A stretch of DNA of 64,000 nt from Takakia lepidozioides (lineage: Eukaryota > Plantae > Bryophyta). The stretch lies in assembly GCA_030704615.1 (NCBI GenBank), contig CM060732.1, positions 7,006,001-7,070,000 of the forward strand, in the 5' to 3' direction. The position numbers and the translations under genes were made by a program. Position 1 is the first letter of the stretch. Every line of letters starts with the position of its first letter. Below are positions 63,165 to 64,000 of this stretch, in pieces. The notes beneath the pieces are model-generated. The model was not told where the DNA came from. It did not search any database and saw only the letters and a list, made by a program, of their open reading frames with translations.

Positions 63165-63379
63165 TCTATCAAACCAAGATTCTCCCTGTCCTCTAGGAAG
63201 CCTATTGCCATTGGGTGGACTTGATACGGGAGTACATTACTGTCTCTGTGACTAAATGCCGGCCTTGTGACCTTGTGTCTTTGTTTGTTTCGACCTGAAG
63301 CGCTTTGCTCCAGGTAAGGTAGTGCATTGGATTTAGTTGGAAAGCTTGGGGCCTTTCCCTCTTTCGAATATGCCTGCAC

Positions 63380-64000
63380 GGGCCATTCCCTGCAACTCCC
63401 TGGAGTGTGATCTCTGAATGGTAACAAGCGGACCCCTACCGCTTGGGGGCAGCCCCTCCGCTCAAATTGGGCAGTCGTATGCTCTGTCTAGCATACTCGG
63501 CACTTGGGCTCGGTTTAGTCCTTGTGCTTAAACTTATGGCCTGCGAAAACAATCAAAACCTTATCTCCTATCAACATCAACACTCCCCAGGGTGATTCCT
63601 GGGAATTGGTTACTTATGCCAAATCTAGGGCTTCATGTGTAGGTTTTGGGGTGAATACGATGTGTCCTTTAAAACTACATGCTCTAGCTTAGGCTTGGAT
63701 TTCATGGCTAATGGTTCCATCTCGAGACTTGATAACAGGGGTACGTTGAAGGTTGCAATGCCCAAAAATGCTTCTAATAGAGTCTCAAATCAATTCAATC
63801 TCAAAGAAGTTTGTCCCTTGACTGGCTGGAGAGCGGTCTTAGACATTGGTGATTCAATGGGGCGCTCTAGGAAGACAACCAAGGGCAGGGACTTCAACTT
63901 GAGAGTTTCTAATCCGTTTGATGCTCTGGATGAGGTTGAATCCAAACAGCCAGACGGACAATCTGCCCCTAAGTGTACGGAACCTGAACGTCCTGTATCT
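63380..64000 (+). mobile_element. Possible 5' end of another LINE (structured leader and ORF1 start)
   Basis: Frame open from ATG 63635 to the window end, containing WRAV...GRSRK...FNLRVSNPFDAL, a motif type seen in CR1/L2/RTEX ORF1 N-termini; hairpin-rich leader. Confidence 0.45.

Overview
Intron-rich plant nuclear DNA, most likely from a non-seed land plant (inferred from transposon families and protein divergence). There is an assembly gap at 49274-49773. Three host genes were reconstructed by hand from GT-AG sites: (1) an 18-exon plant coiled-coil gene (MSWLR...GWEFDE type, minus, 8538-19454); (2) magnesium chelatase subunit D, CHLD (15 exons, minus, 31394-40521); (3) a TTC39/IML2-like TPR gene (plus, about 57389 onward, incomplete). 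The rest is mostly transposons: three Mutator-like (MULE/SWIM) elements or remnants, Harbinger/Tourist elements, a Ty3/gypsy element with a very long LTR plus a second LTR fragment, an L1/Tx1-like LINE, and six copies of a tail-less RTEX-like LINE. Top observations: (a) the tail-less LINE ends in TATGAGTACAW and inserts directly before TCT in five of five well-preserved junctions, piling up in one intron; (b) a TIR- and 9-bp-TSD-bounded MULE in the CHLD promoter carries a decayed homologue of a plant SWIM-zinc-finger family usually regarded as host genes; (c) one LINE copy is in frame with a TTC39 exon; (d) a putative LINE 5' end is hairpin-rich and shares motifs with the LINE 3' end. Family names come from motif recall, not database searches.
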